From positions 14,322,001 to 14,386,000 of the forward strand of contig JBHGNT010000009.1 of assembly GCA_043228905.1 (NCBI GenBank): a DNA stretch of 64,000 bases, given 5' to 3'. Made by a program: the position numbers and the translations under genes. Positions within the stretch are counted from its first letter, which is position 1. Each line of letters begins with the position of its first letter. Shown here piece after piece: positions 1 through 13,757 of this stretch. This stretch comes from Azolla caroliniana. Its lineage: Eukaryota > Plantae > Polypodiophyta. Under the pieces are notes generated by a model. The model did not search any database. It was not told where the DNA came from and saw nothing but the letters and a program-made list of their open reading frames with translations.

Positions 1-727
1 TAAAATTGTATGCCTCTATTTTTTATGCAAGCCTTTTATCATAGGCAATAGTTGCAACTACAATAGCATTGCCGGTGCTTAAGAACACACAATACATGTG
101 AAACTTGCAATTTCTTTATCATAACCCTAACGATGCGTGCCTGATTTTAGGTACATGTTGGTTGTTCTGAATTGAGGAAAACTAGAGTATTGAACCTAGC
201 AAAACAAGTACGCACATTATTCATAAAGGCCAAAGCATAAACCTGGAGTGTGAATAAAATAGATAGTAATTACTAATGATGTTCTTATTATTTGCCCATC
301 CGTTTGGTATTACCTCATTAAAACTTACTAGAAGCTTTTACGAATAATAATAGTTGGTCGAAATAGGGGGAAAACATTGGGATATTGATGATGCGCACCA
401 TTTCCCATAAGAAAACATCCCTTTATATTAAAATTGACATTATCATGGCCAGGTGAATAACAAAACCATTAACACCAAAAGAAGCAACAAAAGATAGAAG
501 TTCACAGCTCATCAAGTTCACCCATAAAAGTCGTTGAAATTGATGCGAGTTTGTTGGGAATGATATGACTAAAATAAAATGCAAATAAATAGGGAGCAAA
601 TCCAAACAAGAGATGCGGATTATTTCCATGTCCTTTTTTTATAACCTTTCTAAACTATAACTATTAAGGCAAATTTTTCCAAGTTTCATCCCCATTTTGA
701 CCTCTTTAACAACATTAAAATATTTGC

Positions 728-888
728 ACGTGTCAAAACATCAACTGCCATCATGTTCACAAGGCTTTATTCTAATGTTGAGATACTCATCAATTGTTGA
801 TGTACCAAGACATTCTCATGTGTCAACACATCAATTGTCATCATGTGCACGAAGCTTCTACCCTAACACTGAGATACTCATCAATTGT
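728..888. repeat. Diverged tandem duplication of about 90 bp downstream of the GGCT-like gene
   Basis: gtgtcaa(a/c)acatcaa...gagatactcatcaattgt occurs at about 730-797 and 819-887. Confidence 0.7.
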
Positions 889-1342
889 GTGTTGTTTCTT
901 TTATTCTAAACATCCTGTGAACATTATTGCATGCCTATAATCCTCGTTCATTTGCTTATTTTCTCTATGTGTCAAGGGTGTGATAAAACTATGGTGAACA
1001 ATACAAAGTTTTTTTGTTTCTTCCATTTATTGAGGCTTTATATACATAGTGAAGGACTATACAGCAAGTATCTTATTTCTATTTTGTAGCATCCAGACAA
1101 AAGAGTGCCCACAATCATAAAGAAGGATAGAATTGACTTAAACAATGTTGTGATATTAGAAAGCACACATGTAACCACTAAGCTAGTATGTAATTGGCAA
1201 TAAAATAGATTAATGGCATCTCTTTATTATGAAAATACGAATGAGGTCTATAAAAATGTGAACAGGTAAGTAAATTGGCACAAATTGTAATAATATAAAA
1301 TTAAATCAAACAATCACAATGCCTTCGCTCCACGTCAACAAA

Positions 1343-4300
1343 TTAACCTCCATATCTTTCCTTCAATTGATCCACAGGCTCCTCTTCCATAATCTTAGGA
1401 TGGCGCTCTAAATATTGTCGAATTGTTGTCTTCCGGTCTCCCAGATAAGTATGATCAAGGAAGTTCTCAAAAGCTTCATTGCCGAGGTTTTTTGCTGCCA
1501 GCACACTGTAAACATAGGGTTATTCAAAGATATTATCTACATTAATGAGCTTCTTGTATCATATCATATCGAGCCCATTCACAAGCATATAACAACAAAT
1601 GCACAAAATATTGTTAGACCTTGTTCTTGTTCTTATACCAACAGAAACCATCTTCCTTCCCCAAGAGAAACCATCTTCCAAGAACATGTGCCCAAAATGT
1701 ATTATGTGCATCTTATCATTCTAAACTTTCTATTTGGGAGCCATATTTGAGTTTCATCATAAAGCCATAGGCATTATTCTTCTGGAAAGTGATTCTAACA
1801 TTGGAAGGAAAACGCCACGTGAGAATTGTCCATGTTTAGCTTAGTGAAGCAAAAACAAAAGTGGTACTTACCAATGCCGAAGGTAAATACGACAAGGAAA
1901 TATATCATCACGCCATACTTTATCAATTCCATATCGTCCATACCGGTTGAAAAATTCCTCCTTGCTCCCTGTATTAAAATGATGAAAATCACACATACAC
2001 ACAAAAGGCTACATATATAGACAGGATAAGATTTTTGGCATTACTACCTTTGCAATGGTTTTCAAAGTATTCCTCATCAGTAGAGCGGGCGCAAATCACC
2101 TATATCATTGAATCTACTCTGAGCAAGTCGTAGTTCAGAACTCTATTGCAAGCTCACTTGTAAATAATAATAAGTGTTTACCATTGGTTGAGAATACGGG
2201 GTTCCATCGAGAGTCTCTGGAAAAACCTTTACATCCACAGGCACTATAAAGATTCAGGTTTTATGAGATAAGCCAGGAGACAAACAAAATCAGACAAATA
2301 AGAAATAAAACACAACTTACTGTTAGAAAGCGAAACTCATGTTCCCTCTCGATGAATGCTGGTACCTGAAACAAGACATAATCAGATGTGATGAGCTTTT
2401 CTCACTTTTTTCTTTAGAGACATGAAGCATCTGCTTTCCCTAAATCGAACTACTATTGAATAAAACTGGGTGAATACATATAAACAGAAGGGAAAAGCAG
2501 TAAGACAAAGTAAACACATAAAACTGCACATAGTTGTATGATGAGAGAGAAGACTAAACCAGCAAAAGTCAGACAATGGAAGGCAATCCCAAAGAGTCAA
2601 ACTCAAGCCTCAAACAGAGAAGTTTGGAGAATCTGTGGAAACCTTGTCAAAGGCAGAAGAAAACCTGTGTGCAAATAACATTGTTGGATACCCCAAGTCA
2701 TCGTTCTTAAATGGAAGATTGGGAATTAGATGAGCAAGATCACAAGGATCTGATAAGCCTGAAGAAAACATTCGTTTCTGAGTAGGTGAAAACATGACCA
2801 TCTCTACATCTGACGTGGAAAAGAGATCGGGAAAGTAGCTATAAATGTGATTCAGTAGGAACGAGAGAGGTATGTTGAACAGACAGGGAGGAGAATGAAG
2901 GTTATTGATTTGTAAACATTCAATCAAGACAATCAATCTCTGTAAGATAAAAAGGTCTTTCGGTTTTACATAAAAAGAAGGATGTAAATTAACTTTATCA
3001 AAAAACCATCAGACCTGCCAGAAGGCTCAATTCTGATGGTTATACACTAGTATATCCAAGTACTATATAGCTATAGTGACTTGGTCATCAGTTAATGATG
3101 ATAGAAGCTGAGCTGAATAACCACGGCGGGGAAGTACTGCCAAGAAATGTCTGCAAGAGACAAATTGAACAGAAGGAAAGAATGCCCTCAGAAGCAAGGA
3201 AAGCCTGCGTTTTTTTCCTCCACTGCCCTTGATTCCTCAAGGTGTGAATGAGCTCATCCCATATATTGACTAATGTTGGCAAAATGGAATGAGTCTCAAA
3301 GCCTAGAATGTAGGATAATGAATTTTCCAAATACACATACTAGCAATTGTACACAAATAATGTCTAAGATAATTATCTGTCTCTTTGAAGGGGAACATAC
3401 TCAAAATGCCTCAGAAATGTCTTTTAGTGGCAAGCATGAGTACCACGTCTAAAAAACTCCTCCATTGAACAAATGTACACATGATTTATGCTGTAACTAG
3501 AAAATGGCTGTCGAAGAGATATATCCAGTATGGGGCCAGCATGCAGAAGGAATACAACAGCAGCACATCACACTCCATGAGCATGCAATAGATGAGTGTA
3601 AAGGTGAGTGCTGAGAGATGGACGGAGGGATACCAGATTAAGAGTCGGTGACCACTTGGAATAGTCACCACAAGGTGTTATTTTTGTGTTGACTGATGGC
3701 CAATGGGAATTCAAGCCTCAGTAAAGGTAATCAAGACATCATTCGGTACTACTTTTTTTTATGACATTATTACTTTTTTTTCATTATTGCTTATATTTTA
3801 CTTGCTCCCTAGAACTCTCGAAATCAGCCAAGACAATATTAACATTGCATGGCCAGTGTGAAACGGCCGATGGCAAAGGGTACCTAGAGCAGTAGGGCTT
3901 GGGATTGGAATGTAGTCAAGTTAGCATTAAGTGTAGACATGTCCCTGTCCAATCATATAAGTGTGCTTATTAAGTCAACTCAGGTTAGGTCCTACATAGA
4001 AGCACTTAAAAATTATGAGTGACAAAATATTTTTTCAAGAGATGGCACTTGACTACTTGAGCAACATTACCAATTTACCTTATTCAAAGAAAACCTCTTT
4101 TTTATGAAGAATTCACCACAAAACTTTAGAAATAAAGAAAGAAACAAATATAAACATCTTTTAAGAGGCCAAGATGGGCTATGAAATCTGAAACAGAGAT
4201 TATACCTTAAGATGTCTCGTTTTATATAACAAATCAAAATACAGGTACCAATGAGTATTGTTAGCTAAGAACATAAGATTTTGGACTTAAATAGATTGAA

Positions 4301-6839
4301 ACTTCAGCCTTCAAAATATCGCCAACCTGGGCTGATCCAAGTCGGAGAGTTCTCCGAAGAAAGGGAAGCACCTTCAGTGCCAGATAATAATGTCCTTTAT
4401 TTGTTGATGACAATGATGATGGGGCCATGGTCCATGACAAATTGCAAATGCACGATCTATTGTAACCCTTTCAAGTGTCTTGATCAAGATCCCATTTCTA
4501 TAACCCTTGATTGATTTGCAGCATGAGAAAGAGTTATGGAGCTACGGAAAGCTGTGATGGTTATTTGTTGATTCAGATTAAGTCCCACATAAAGCCACTT
4601 AGAAGTTCTACGTGATTGGATTAAGATTATTTTTTAAGAGGTGACACATGACAATATGAGCAACATTACCTTATTCAGAGAAAACCTATTGTTTATGTAG
4701 ACCACCATCCAAACTTTAGAGAAAATGGAGTCATTTTACTGAGCTGAAATCTACAAGGGTCACAACAGATTTCCTTCCTTTTCTATTAATGCTCAATGGA
4801 GAGTACCTCAGAAGTTCTACATACAAGTTCTTGTGGCTGAAATAGTCTTCAAGTACTGGTTGGAGTTTCTCAGCTTTGGGATTTCCCTTATTGTTTCTCA
4901 GGTGACACTCTTCAAAGTTTTTGTGGCTGAAATAGTCTACAAGTACTGGCTGTGTTTCTCAGGTTTGGGATTTCTCTTATTGTTTCTTGGGCGCAACACT
5001 TTGAAGCCAACACACTGTCAAATTCATTGTTCAAGAGAAATCGACTGCTTGGATGTGAAATTAGGTCTTTTTGAGCCCAAAACCTTAAGAAGGTTATTCA
5101 TCGTTTTATATAACATTTCTCCAGTCATGAAATTGACCCAAACTGGTCGTTCAAGTTGGTTCTGAAAAGGTTATGACATGAAATTTGAACTATAATAGCA
5201 TGATTCCTCACTCTTGGATTCTGAAGAAGTTACTACATGGAAATATAATACCTCTGAAATACGTATCTCGAACCCCGTGATAATTAGTACTTCTCCATCC
5301 CATGGCTCAACGCTTACACTTGATATCTCCTGCAGAAGTCAGTATGATGCAAATTAGCATTATCACCTCATGAACATCATGGTTTGTGTGATGAGACACA
5401 GATATATTACCTTAGTTTCAAGATTGGCTATGCCTCTTTCGAAGAAAATAGGCGCAACATGTCCAAAAACACGTCGAAATCCACGCAGTCTTGCTAATCT
5501 AAAATTCTGCAGAGCAGGAAATGTGTGTCTTGCACTTTTCTCTGTGCATTCAAAGGAGATTTATTTAGTTTGCCACAAATATTAAAATTATAGTAAGTTA
5601 TCTTATAAGAATCTTAGTGTGTTGATCATTGTTCCTAAAAAAACCAAAAATAATGAAAGGAAAAATCCCACAGTTATTCTTTACAGAGACGTGGGTAGAT
5701 TATATTTTACCACATTCATTATAGTTTCTAACTAATACATTCATTGCTAAAATATTTTGACGCAGTTAAGAAATGAGAATGACAAAGTTTCAATGTCCCT
5801 AGGAAATTATGGTCCCACAAATATATACATGCGTTTATGTATAGAAGCCATTCACATACTTGTATACATACACTATATTTGTCATTATTGAGTTATTAAG
5901 AACTATGTTCTTGTTGATTGGAGGATAAATAGTCAAGTGACCTGTAGAGGTTGTACCTGAACAGGAATTGGGTTCAGTGGCAGAAAGAAGGAAATGAAAG
6001 GAAAGATTCCAACTTCTACAGATATATTTCGAGAGGTTTTCTAGATTGACACCAGCTACGATAAAGGCATTCATCAATCAAAATGAAATCAGAAGCTGCC
6101 AATGCAGCTAATAACCTTGACTACTGAGCGGTTACTACTTAAGCTTGTGGCTGTGCATACCTCAACGATGCTAAAATAAGGTCCTAAAACATAATTCTTA
6201 ATAGACAATGAACTTAGGCACATGCAACATAGGTGTGCATATATGGATATACCTTTTTCTATGTGCATACAAACTAAGTAACCGATAATCATACAATTTT
6301 TCAAGTACTGCTAGTATATGGTAGGATTTTCATTAGAATAGCCGGATGATCCTCCATATCGAAGAATTCTTATAAGCGCACCTGTTGTGTTAATGCATTT
6401 AATAATATTATCCAAAGTGAAGGGAAAGTAGATATTTGTCAAAAGGCTCGAAATTCGCAGACACTGTTTAAAGCAGCAAAATGACATTTGCAAGCATTCA
6501 TGTCTTCTCGTGAGACTTGAAAGATTTCCATATCCTGTTTTCAACACGCAAATTCCAAACAACATAAAAGAATACCCTGACGTGCACTCACTAGGATAAC
6601 CCGGCATTCTCTCTTCGGCCATGAAAACTAACACAAACAGAGAGAATAATGAGAAATTAGGCTGCAAGGGGGAAGAGCCATGTTTCTCTGCATAAAAGAG
6701 TTGTATGATACTGACTGATTGACGAAATGAGTGTGTTTGTGTGATACCTGCCTGACAAGAGAGAGCCGAAGCCAGCGATGGAAAGAAGGCCATCAGAGGT
6801 GGCGATCCTTTTGAAATCGTCCATCACGCGGAGCTCCAT
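1343..6839 (-). CDS. Conserved plant protein with probable gamma-glutamylcyclotransferase (GGCT/ChaC/AIG2-like) fold, 232 aa, 8 exons: 6839-6752, 5541-5411, 5329-5252, 2365-2321, 2226-2182, 2099-2048, 1968-1872, 1505-1343
   Basis: Manual splicing gives an uninterrupted 699-nt frame: MELRVMDDF...SIAGFGSLLSEKSARHTFPALQNFRLARLRGFRRVFGHVAPIFFERGIANLETKEISSVSVEP...AFIEREHEFRFL...ICARSTDEEYF...YGRYGIDKVWRDDIFPCRIYLRHCVLAAKNLG...FLDHTYLGDRKTTIRQYL...ERYGG*. Introns are GT-AG except intron 1 (GC-AG). The GFGSL and GFRRVF motifs resemble the GGCT/ChaC N-terminus. The start codon is not certain. Confidence 0.88.
4826..5000. repeat. Intronic tandem duplication of about 89 bp
   Basis: aagtt(c/t)ttgtggctgaaatagtct(t/a)caagtactgg...tttgggattt..cttattgtttct occurs twice in tandem. 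Confidence 0.75.
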
Positions 6840-6899
6840 CCTTCTTCTGCGGCGGCCCAAGCAAAAACAATGGGGGAAAAAAAGCTTCCTCGCTCACCA

Positions 6900-6968
6900 C
6901 CTGATCTGATCTGATCTGATCTGATCAGAGCAGAGCAGAGCAGATCTGTTCTGTTCTGTTCTGTTCTG
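6900..6968. repeat. Compound pentanucleotide microsatellite (CTGAT)n(CAGAG)n(CTGTT)n upstream of the GGCT-like start codon
   Basis: Directly visible. Confidence 0.9.
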
Positions 6969-7329
6969 GCGGATGCTTTCGCGTCTAGCTAATGGAACTT
7001 TAGGAAATAAGAGAATTGGGCAGAAGACAAGAGTTAAGCAACTTTGTATGCGTAATGTTTCTCGGAAAAATAAGGATGCAAGAATGTACATATGGATGGA
7101 TGGATGTGTAGCTGTTTAGGGTTAATTTTGGGGTTTCCTCAAGGTTGAAGGTTTAAGTTTCGGTTCCCGGTATTTAGGATATAGGAGTATGTATGTGCAA
7201 GCCCTCATTGTTAATCTTTGCATTTGCACTACGTGTTAGCATTCACTAGTCAAATGCTCTGCTCTAGGAGGTTAGCTTAAACATGAGGAATTGTTGTTAG
7301 CTCTTATCACTATTGTTTTTCCCCTAGTG

Positions 7330-8400
7330 ATCAATGTCTACACTTCAAGATATGATACAACTACAAGATCCATTGATGTGTAAGAGGCAGATAAGTGTAA
7401 GATGCATGGTATGTTTGCTGAAATTCAAATAAAGCATGCAACATGCTTGTGGAAAGACATGCCCAAAGTTAAATACATGATAAGGTATGATTGTCATTGT
7501 GCATGTGACCCAAGAAGATGTGCAAATGTCATTTGAAGGTGCAAATCAGCAAAGCATTGTGGATGCACATTTCATGTAAATGTAAACCAAATGCAGGTCT
7601 GAAGCATGAAATTGTCACAATTTATGTCAATGGCCAGCATATCGGACATGACCCTATATCGCATCATGATGTTTGTCAGTTCCTTGTATATCCAAATGAT
7701 ACAAATTGTTGCATGGATAATCTTTTTGGTATAGGACGTGCAATGCACGTTGCCAAGATGGGCATTAGGAAAGAATATTTTCATAAGTCTAAGGCCACTC
7801 CATTAGAACATTATGTTATAAGTTCTTTGTGATGACCAAATGAGGTGCATAATACAAACTAGAAAGCATGCATCTATGGCCAAAGTTTGGTAGGTTATTT
7901 GCATATGGACATGTTGATATTACTAACCTTGTGGAACGACATTTGCAATTTATTAAATACACAACCAATTACTGAGTTAATATATGCTTTAATTGGGAAT
8001 AATGTTTTTAGGACTTGTGTTGGAGGTACTGTGATAGAATGGTATAAGCAAAACCGAGAGATATGTGAGATAGTAGATTCTAGCCTTGGGCAAATTGTAA
8101 GGATCAAAGGTTGAGATTGAAAGATGCGGAGAGGATACTAGAAAGGTATGCAGTTGATACCAATACAAGCCAATTTGTGGACGAGGCAAGTTTTTTTTTA
8201 AAGAATTTTGAGTATGGCAACTTTGCATGTTACAATATGTCAATTCAATGCTCTAATTGTGATTGTCAAGATAGCACAAGTAAATGTAAGCATCTACATG
8301 TGGAAATGAATGTGATAACAAAAGAGGGTGATTCATGGACGTCTCAAATACACTAGCAATAACATTATTTGAGCTAGGATTGCAATCTATCAATAGCATT
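7330..8400 (+). mobile_element. Degenerate Mutator-like (MULE) transposase relic
   Basis: Fragmented frames include a WRKY/FAR1-like motif (C...VTIYVNGQHIGHDP) and a SWIM-type zinc finger (CDCQDSTSKCKHLH). Many stops; no TIRs found. Confidence 0.5.
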
Positions 8401-8724
8401 CGTTGATGATGAGGATGTTTGCAACAAATGGCAACGTTGACACATAAGCTTTTGTTGCATTTCAGATGAACTTATTAGCAACTCCTTAAACAAAAACAAA
8501 TGATTCACGAGAAAACTATACAGAGGTACTCGTCATACTAATAAGAGGTATTTTTATTGACTTTCTTGATCTTTGATTTTTTTTTATATCTATCATTTCT
8601 TGCTATGATGAAAGCTTCCTTGATCTCTGAAATTGTTCCCTCTCATCTTACAATTTTTCTAAGTGTGAACTAGGTACCTCTTACATATATTAAAAATACA
8701 AAAAATCAGACTTATGGCAGCTCC

Positions 8725-9119
8725 TAACAATCGGCAACGGTTCAGTTTGAACGGAACGGAACTGCAGCTTAACGGTTTCAACAGTCAGAAACCGCTTAAA
8801 TGGTTTTTATTTATTTGTTTTTTTTAAAATTAAAAAAAATGTTTTAAAATAATCTTTTCATTTTCAGACCTTATTCTCACATTTTAGGAACATCTTTAAA
8901 ATTTTAAAAATTTTAAAAAATGAAATATTATAAATTTAAAAAATTTAAAATTTTGACCTAAGTTGAAAACTGAAACCGAACCATGAAACTACGGTTTTTA
9001 CGGTTTAATGGTTTAACGGTTTCAAAAATGTTTAATGGTTCGGTTCGGTTTAGTTCAAGTTTCAAAAAATTCAAACGGTTCGGTTTGGACCTTCTCAACC
9101 GAACCGTTGCCAATTGTTA
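8725..9119. mobile_element. hAT-like non-autonomous element (MITE)
   Basis: TIRs taacaatcggcaacggttcagtt / aaccgaaccgttgccaattgtta; 8-bp flanks gcagctcc / gcagcccc (7/8, TSD-like); many subterminal AACCG/CGGTT motifs around an AT-rich core. Confidence 0.75.
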
Positions 9120-10133
9120 GCAGCCCCAAAATACAACATGCACATCAAGCCATACCAACACGTAACAATTCCATGCCATTGTGCTTGGTCCAGTGCTCTA
9201 ATCTTTGTACAAAAAACTAAAACTATAAGCCATTTAAGAGGTGATATCTAAATATTGAAATATAAAATTTGAAGACACACAAACTTTGTTGATTCCAAGC
9301 TTGTAAAGGCCACGATCTATACACCATTGGGTTGTGATGTTTGTTATATGGATCTTTTGATGTTGGTTCTCCAATATGATCTGGTGGCCTTCATTGTTGC
9401 ACTGGAGTCTAGACAATGGCTACACATAATTGCATCGTATGCCTCAATGCACGTGAAGACTTTTTATATAATGGATCCATGAATATTATCCCGTTGTCCA
9501 CTTTATTTGCATTCAACCCATTGGTAACACTTGTGATTTTGATCCAACGAACCCAATGTTCAACATGCCCCCCATTTTCCATGGTTAAGCATTTGCCATC
9601 CGAGACGAGAACTATGAAGACACTAACACCAAGAATACATGTAAAGCTCATGAGGGAACTGGGAAAAGGGTGGAAAGAGTACATCTCAGTTAAAAGCTTG
9701 TAGGCAAATGGACACTATACTTTGAAAGGATCCAATGTCATTGCAAAAAACTATATAAATTGACTTTTCGATAACGTTATAGTAACTCTTCTTCTCCGTG
9801 GTCTCTCTCTCCTTTCACATAGGTAAGCACCCTAGTCCGTTCTTCTCCTTAATCTCTTCTTATTTTGCGTATCATTAGTTTGATTAATAAGAGTCATGTG
9901 AGGTCAACTAAAGCCATCCCTTTATTCAAGAAGGAGAGGCCAAAGTGTTATTTGACAATCCCTTCTCATTGAGTCTCTGTTTACATGTTTTGAACAATTA
10001 CCACTCAGTATAACATGTGATAAAACACTCTCTATGTATAAGTGATGGCAACGGGTTGTAACTTGTGGGTCCGAGAGAGGGCCTCATTCCCATTGTCATG
10101 GAAATGGAAACACAACCAAGTATGTATCATTGT

Positions 10134-10135
<2 letters not shown>

Positions 10136-10177
<42 letters not shown>
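10136..10177. repeat. (TG)n microsatellite
   Basis: About 20 TG units. Confidence 0.95.
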
Positions 10178-10178
<1 letters not shown>

Positions 10179-10656
10179 AGAAAGAGGGGGGTTTGCAGGG
10201 TCAAGTCACACTTTCTTCATGTTTTGTTTGTTTGTACTATGATTGGGTATGCATACATACTACATACGTATACATACAAAAAAGGAATGGTCAGGTCAAT
10301 GAGTGAGTGAGTCAATGGCCATGGCTAGTGAAGGAAGGAATTGCATGGATGAATTGAGTGTGAGTGAGTGGGAGGGGAGATATGGTGGTGGACCGTGGTG
10401 GTCACTGGTGTGTGTGTGTAGTAGTAGTAGTAGTCGTCCGTGAGAGAGTTGAGGCAGCTGCTATGCTATGCTATGCTATGCTATGCTAATTAATATGTGA
10501 CAGACAGACAGACAGACAGACAGGCTTGTGGAGACAGAGTTGAATGAGGAAGTCATAAAGCGAGCCTCTGCTTCAGGGACCCGATTTGCTCTACCCTTTT
10601 CGGGCCCTTCCGCTGCTTCATGCAAATGTGATCCAGCCACTCCCTCCCTCCCTCCT

Positions 10657-13635
10657 TCACTCTCCCTCCTCACATCCTCTACGATGCTGCTGCTGCTGCC
10701 CTCCCTCCTTCTTCTTCTTCTGAGACCAGATGCACCTCCATCTTTTACGACCCTCTTCCTCCTCCTCCTCCTCCTCCTTCTCTTCCCCCACAACACTGTG
10801 GAATCCGCAAGCTAATGCAGCTTCCATGAAGTGTATGAACCACATCTCCGCCTCCTCTTGCAAGAGTTTGGCGACAGCCATCGTCTCTTGCAAATGCCAT
10901 TGCTGCTTCTTCGTCTCATGCTGCCGCTGCTGCTGATCAGGAGAGCAGCATTTCTTGGCTCTTGGATCACCTGACCTTTTCATGGATTGCTTCTGCTTCC
11001 CAGCCGCAGGAGACGAGGGTTTGGCTTCTGGTTTCACCATGTTTCCAGCTTTAACGAGGTTGCTTCTCGCCGCAGCTGGGCCGCTCTTCTTCACATAAAT
11101 GTTGTTTTGGCTATGGTTAGAAGAAGAAGAAAGTACGGGCCTTCTTCCAGTCGCAGTCGCAGCGGCAGCGATGGCTGTGCTTATTCTGGGTGGTGGAGGA
11201 GGGGGAGCCATGGGTGGCTTATCAACAGAAAATGGGGAGGATGCACCTTCATCATGATTCCGGACACATTTCTTCGTCTTCTCTGAAACGTTGGTCTCAG
11301 AGTGATTCTCCTCCTGCCGCAGCCTCTCATCTCTCATGAAGCAGCAGGCGTCCAAATCGGCCGACAGAGCTGCATCGATCCATGACATGGCGCCTTCTCG
11401 CTTCTCCTCCAATAGCTTCTGGACCTTCGTCTCCTCCTTCCCTTCATCATCATCGATCCATGACATGCCACCATCATCATCCATGGCCAAGACTTCCGAC
11501 CTTTCCTGTAGCAGCGCTTCAACACAAGAGGTGGACTGCAAGAGAGCTTGGTAGAATCTCAGAAACCGCCTCATGTACAATTGATGATCTTGGAACTTTC
11601 GTAGAGAGCGTATATCTGCAAAATCACTGTGAGAAAGAAAAAACAAAACCCATGTACATCCACGGTGAGTGAGGCGTGCAGAGAGTTAAAAATTAAATTC
11701 TTGGTGTGTCTGTGGGTTCAGCAGCAGCCCAAACAAAATAAAATAAAATCTAAACCACGGATCGATCGATCGATCGATCTGAGGAGAGATTTAAGGAAAA
11801 GCATAGTGCCGTTACTGACCTCAAGCTTTTTAGGATACTCTCTGTCACCGAAGCCTCGTATAATGCCTCTGCAACATTTTTGCATACCGTCGAATGCCTC
11901 CGAGCAACTCTCTACTACATGGACGACATGGGATGGGGTTATTCCTCAATAATTAGTTTAGTTTGTGGTGGGTGGTGATGCTAATACATTCTTCCTCTCT
12001 AACCCAGCCATTAAACAGGAATGGGCAATCGGATGGATTTTCAAATTTCTTTTGGTGTGCTCTACCTGGCCTGAGGATGACAAAATGGAGGGTAGATTTT
12101 CCCAGTAAGAAGACGTGAAGGAATTTCTTCTTCTACTCAAGCTCCTCCTGCGGTTGAGTCCTACATTATCAGGCAAGGATGCTGCCGCCCCTGATCCATC
12201 CTGTGATAGATGCTCTTGCTCAGCTGCCACGCTTGCCCCTACCTGCATGCATAAAATGGAAGGCATTTGGTGTGTAATTTAGTGAATCTGTTACATTTTA
12301 GAACTCCAGAGTTTGAAAAGAACAGGACATGGAGAGTTCTGGGGAGAATCACCTTACCATAGTTACAGCATTATGGCTCAGTGTCAATAACTGTATCCTG
12401 TTGTTGTTGTTGTTTTTCATTGGATAGACTGAATCACAATCATCTTTGAATACTTGTAATATCTTCCCTGATCTACCTGCATCATCATACGTTGCAGAAT
12501 CTGTGTCAGGAAGAAGATGACCCATCCGTGTGGATCTCTGTTTATTGCGACAGTTACCTTCAAATGGGCCATTAGTAGTTCTGTCGAAGCTGAACGCTGT
12601 GTTCTCTGGTTCATCTCTGTGAATGAAGTGAGAGGCTTGCCGTCCGGATAGGCTTTGTCGAATCTCTCTGTTGGGGGACGAACGCACCGAAAAACTAGAA
12701 GAAACCGGCCTGATTCGGCTTTGGCTTCTTCCTCTTATTCTTTCTTTCTGGCGAAGTATCATTGATTTGACCACACCTTTCTGCGACTGTCCGGTGGACC
12801 ACAATGCCCTCTGGAAAGAGCGCCTGCCAGCATTATGAGAGGCAGTGGCCGGACATTGAGCGTGCATACGCTTCATTTGTAAGAATTCATGTGGAATAGC
12901 CATGCCATAGTCCTCGTGCTGCTGCTGCTGCTTGAGAGACGAAGGTGTGGTAATGCCTGGCTGTAGGGGAGAATCATGATAACATTCCGATATATATTCT
13001 TCCATGGAAGTCCACCGTCTAGAAGGTTTAGGCACCATTGTGGGGTCGGCCATTGTGGTACCAATGCCTGATAGGCAGCAAGAGATGTGCTCGGCCGTTC
13101 TGGTTCCAGTTCCAGTTCCAGTTCCAGTTCCGCAGGAGGCAACCATCCTGATATGAGCAGCGGTGGTGCTGGCATCATCATCATCATCATCATCATCATC
13201 CATGTAGTTAGGATGGAGGGCAAGTAGTTCACGGGGGGCGCCCACAAACGCATGCCGACCGGCCACAAGTTTGAGGCGCGTGAGGTGGGGCCGGACAAGG
13301 GGCGGGAAGTCCAAGTCCAGTGGTGGCAGGCCGGGCACGCGAGGGGCCTCCTCGAACCTCTCCACATACACGAATTGGCCGAGCTGTATCTTGTTGGTGA
13401 GGATCATGTGGTCCAGCTCAGGGGCCACAGAGACGAAGGCGGAGTGGGAGGAATCAGAGAGCTTGAGGAAGAAGCCGTGGGTAGGCCAAAGCTCCGAAGC
13501 ACCACCGGTGCCGAGGCGGGCGGGGACTATGCCGATGACCTGCAAGAGCACGGAACGATGCACTCCCCTCACCTTCACGTCCGACCCCATGTGTTGGATG
13601 AGCTTTACTAGCATTCCAGGTGTGAGAGATGCCAT
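10657..13635 (-). CDS. DUF936-family (CORD-like, plant microtubule-associated) protein, about 838 aa, 4 exons: 13635-12358, 12242-12066, 11911-11820, 11626-10657
   Basis: N-terminus [38 protein letters not shown]...[21 protein letters not shown]...[16 protein letters not shown] is the DUF936 signature. C-terminal family motifs [45 protein letters not shown] and [24 protein letters not shown] join in frame through GT-AG introns. Confidence 0.88.
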
Positions 13636-13724
13636 AACCACAGACTACTACCGCAACCCTGATTGATGATGGACTGACGAGGATGATGATAGATGATAGA
13701 TGAGGAACCTTCCTTATATGTACA

Positions 13725-13726
13725 TA

Positions 13727-13757
<31 letters not shown>

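Noticed and set aside
2400-5230. Possible LINE fragments and a diverged ~120-bp repeat (about 4025-4130 and 4625-4720) in intron 3
   Set aside because: Only weak partial motifs such as IVHLQFV; not enough to name an element.
9130-9760. Short ORFs possibly continuing a transposase relic
   Set aside because: No diagnostic motif in the frames I could read.
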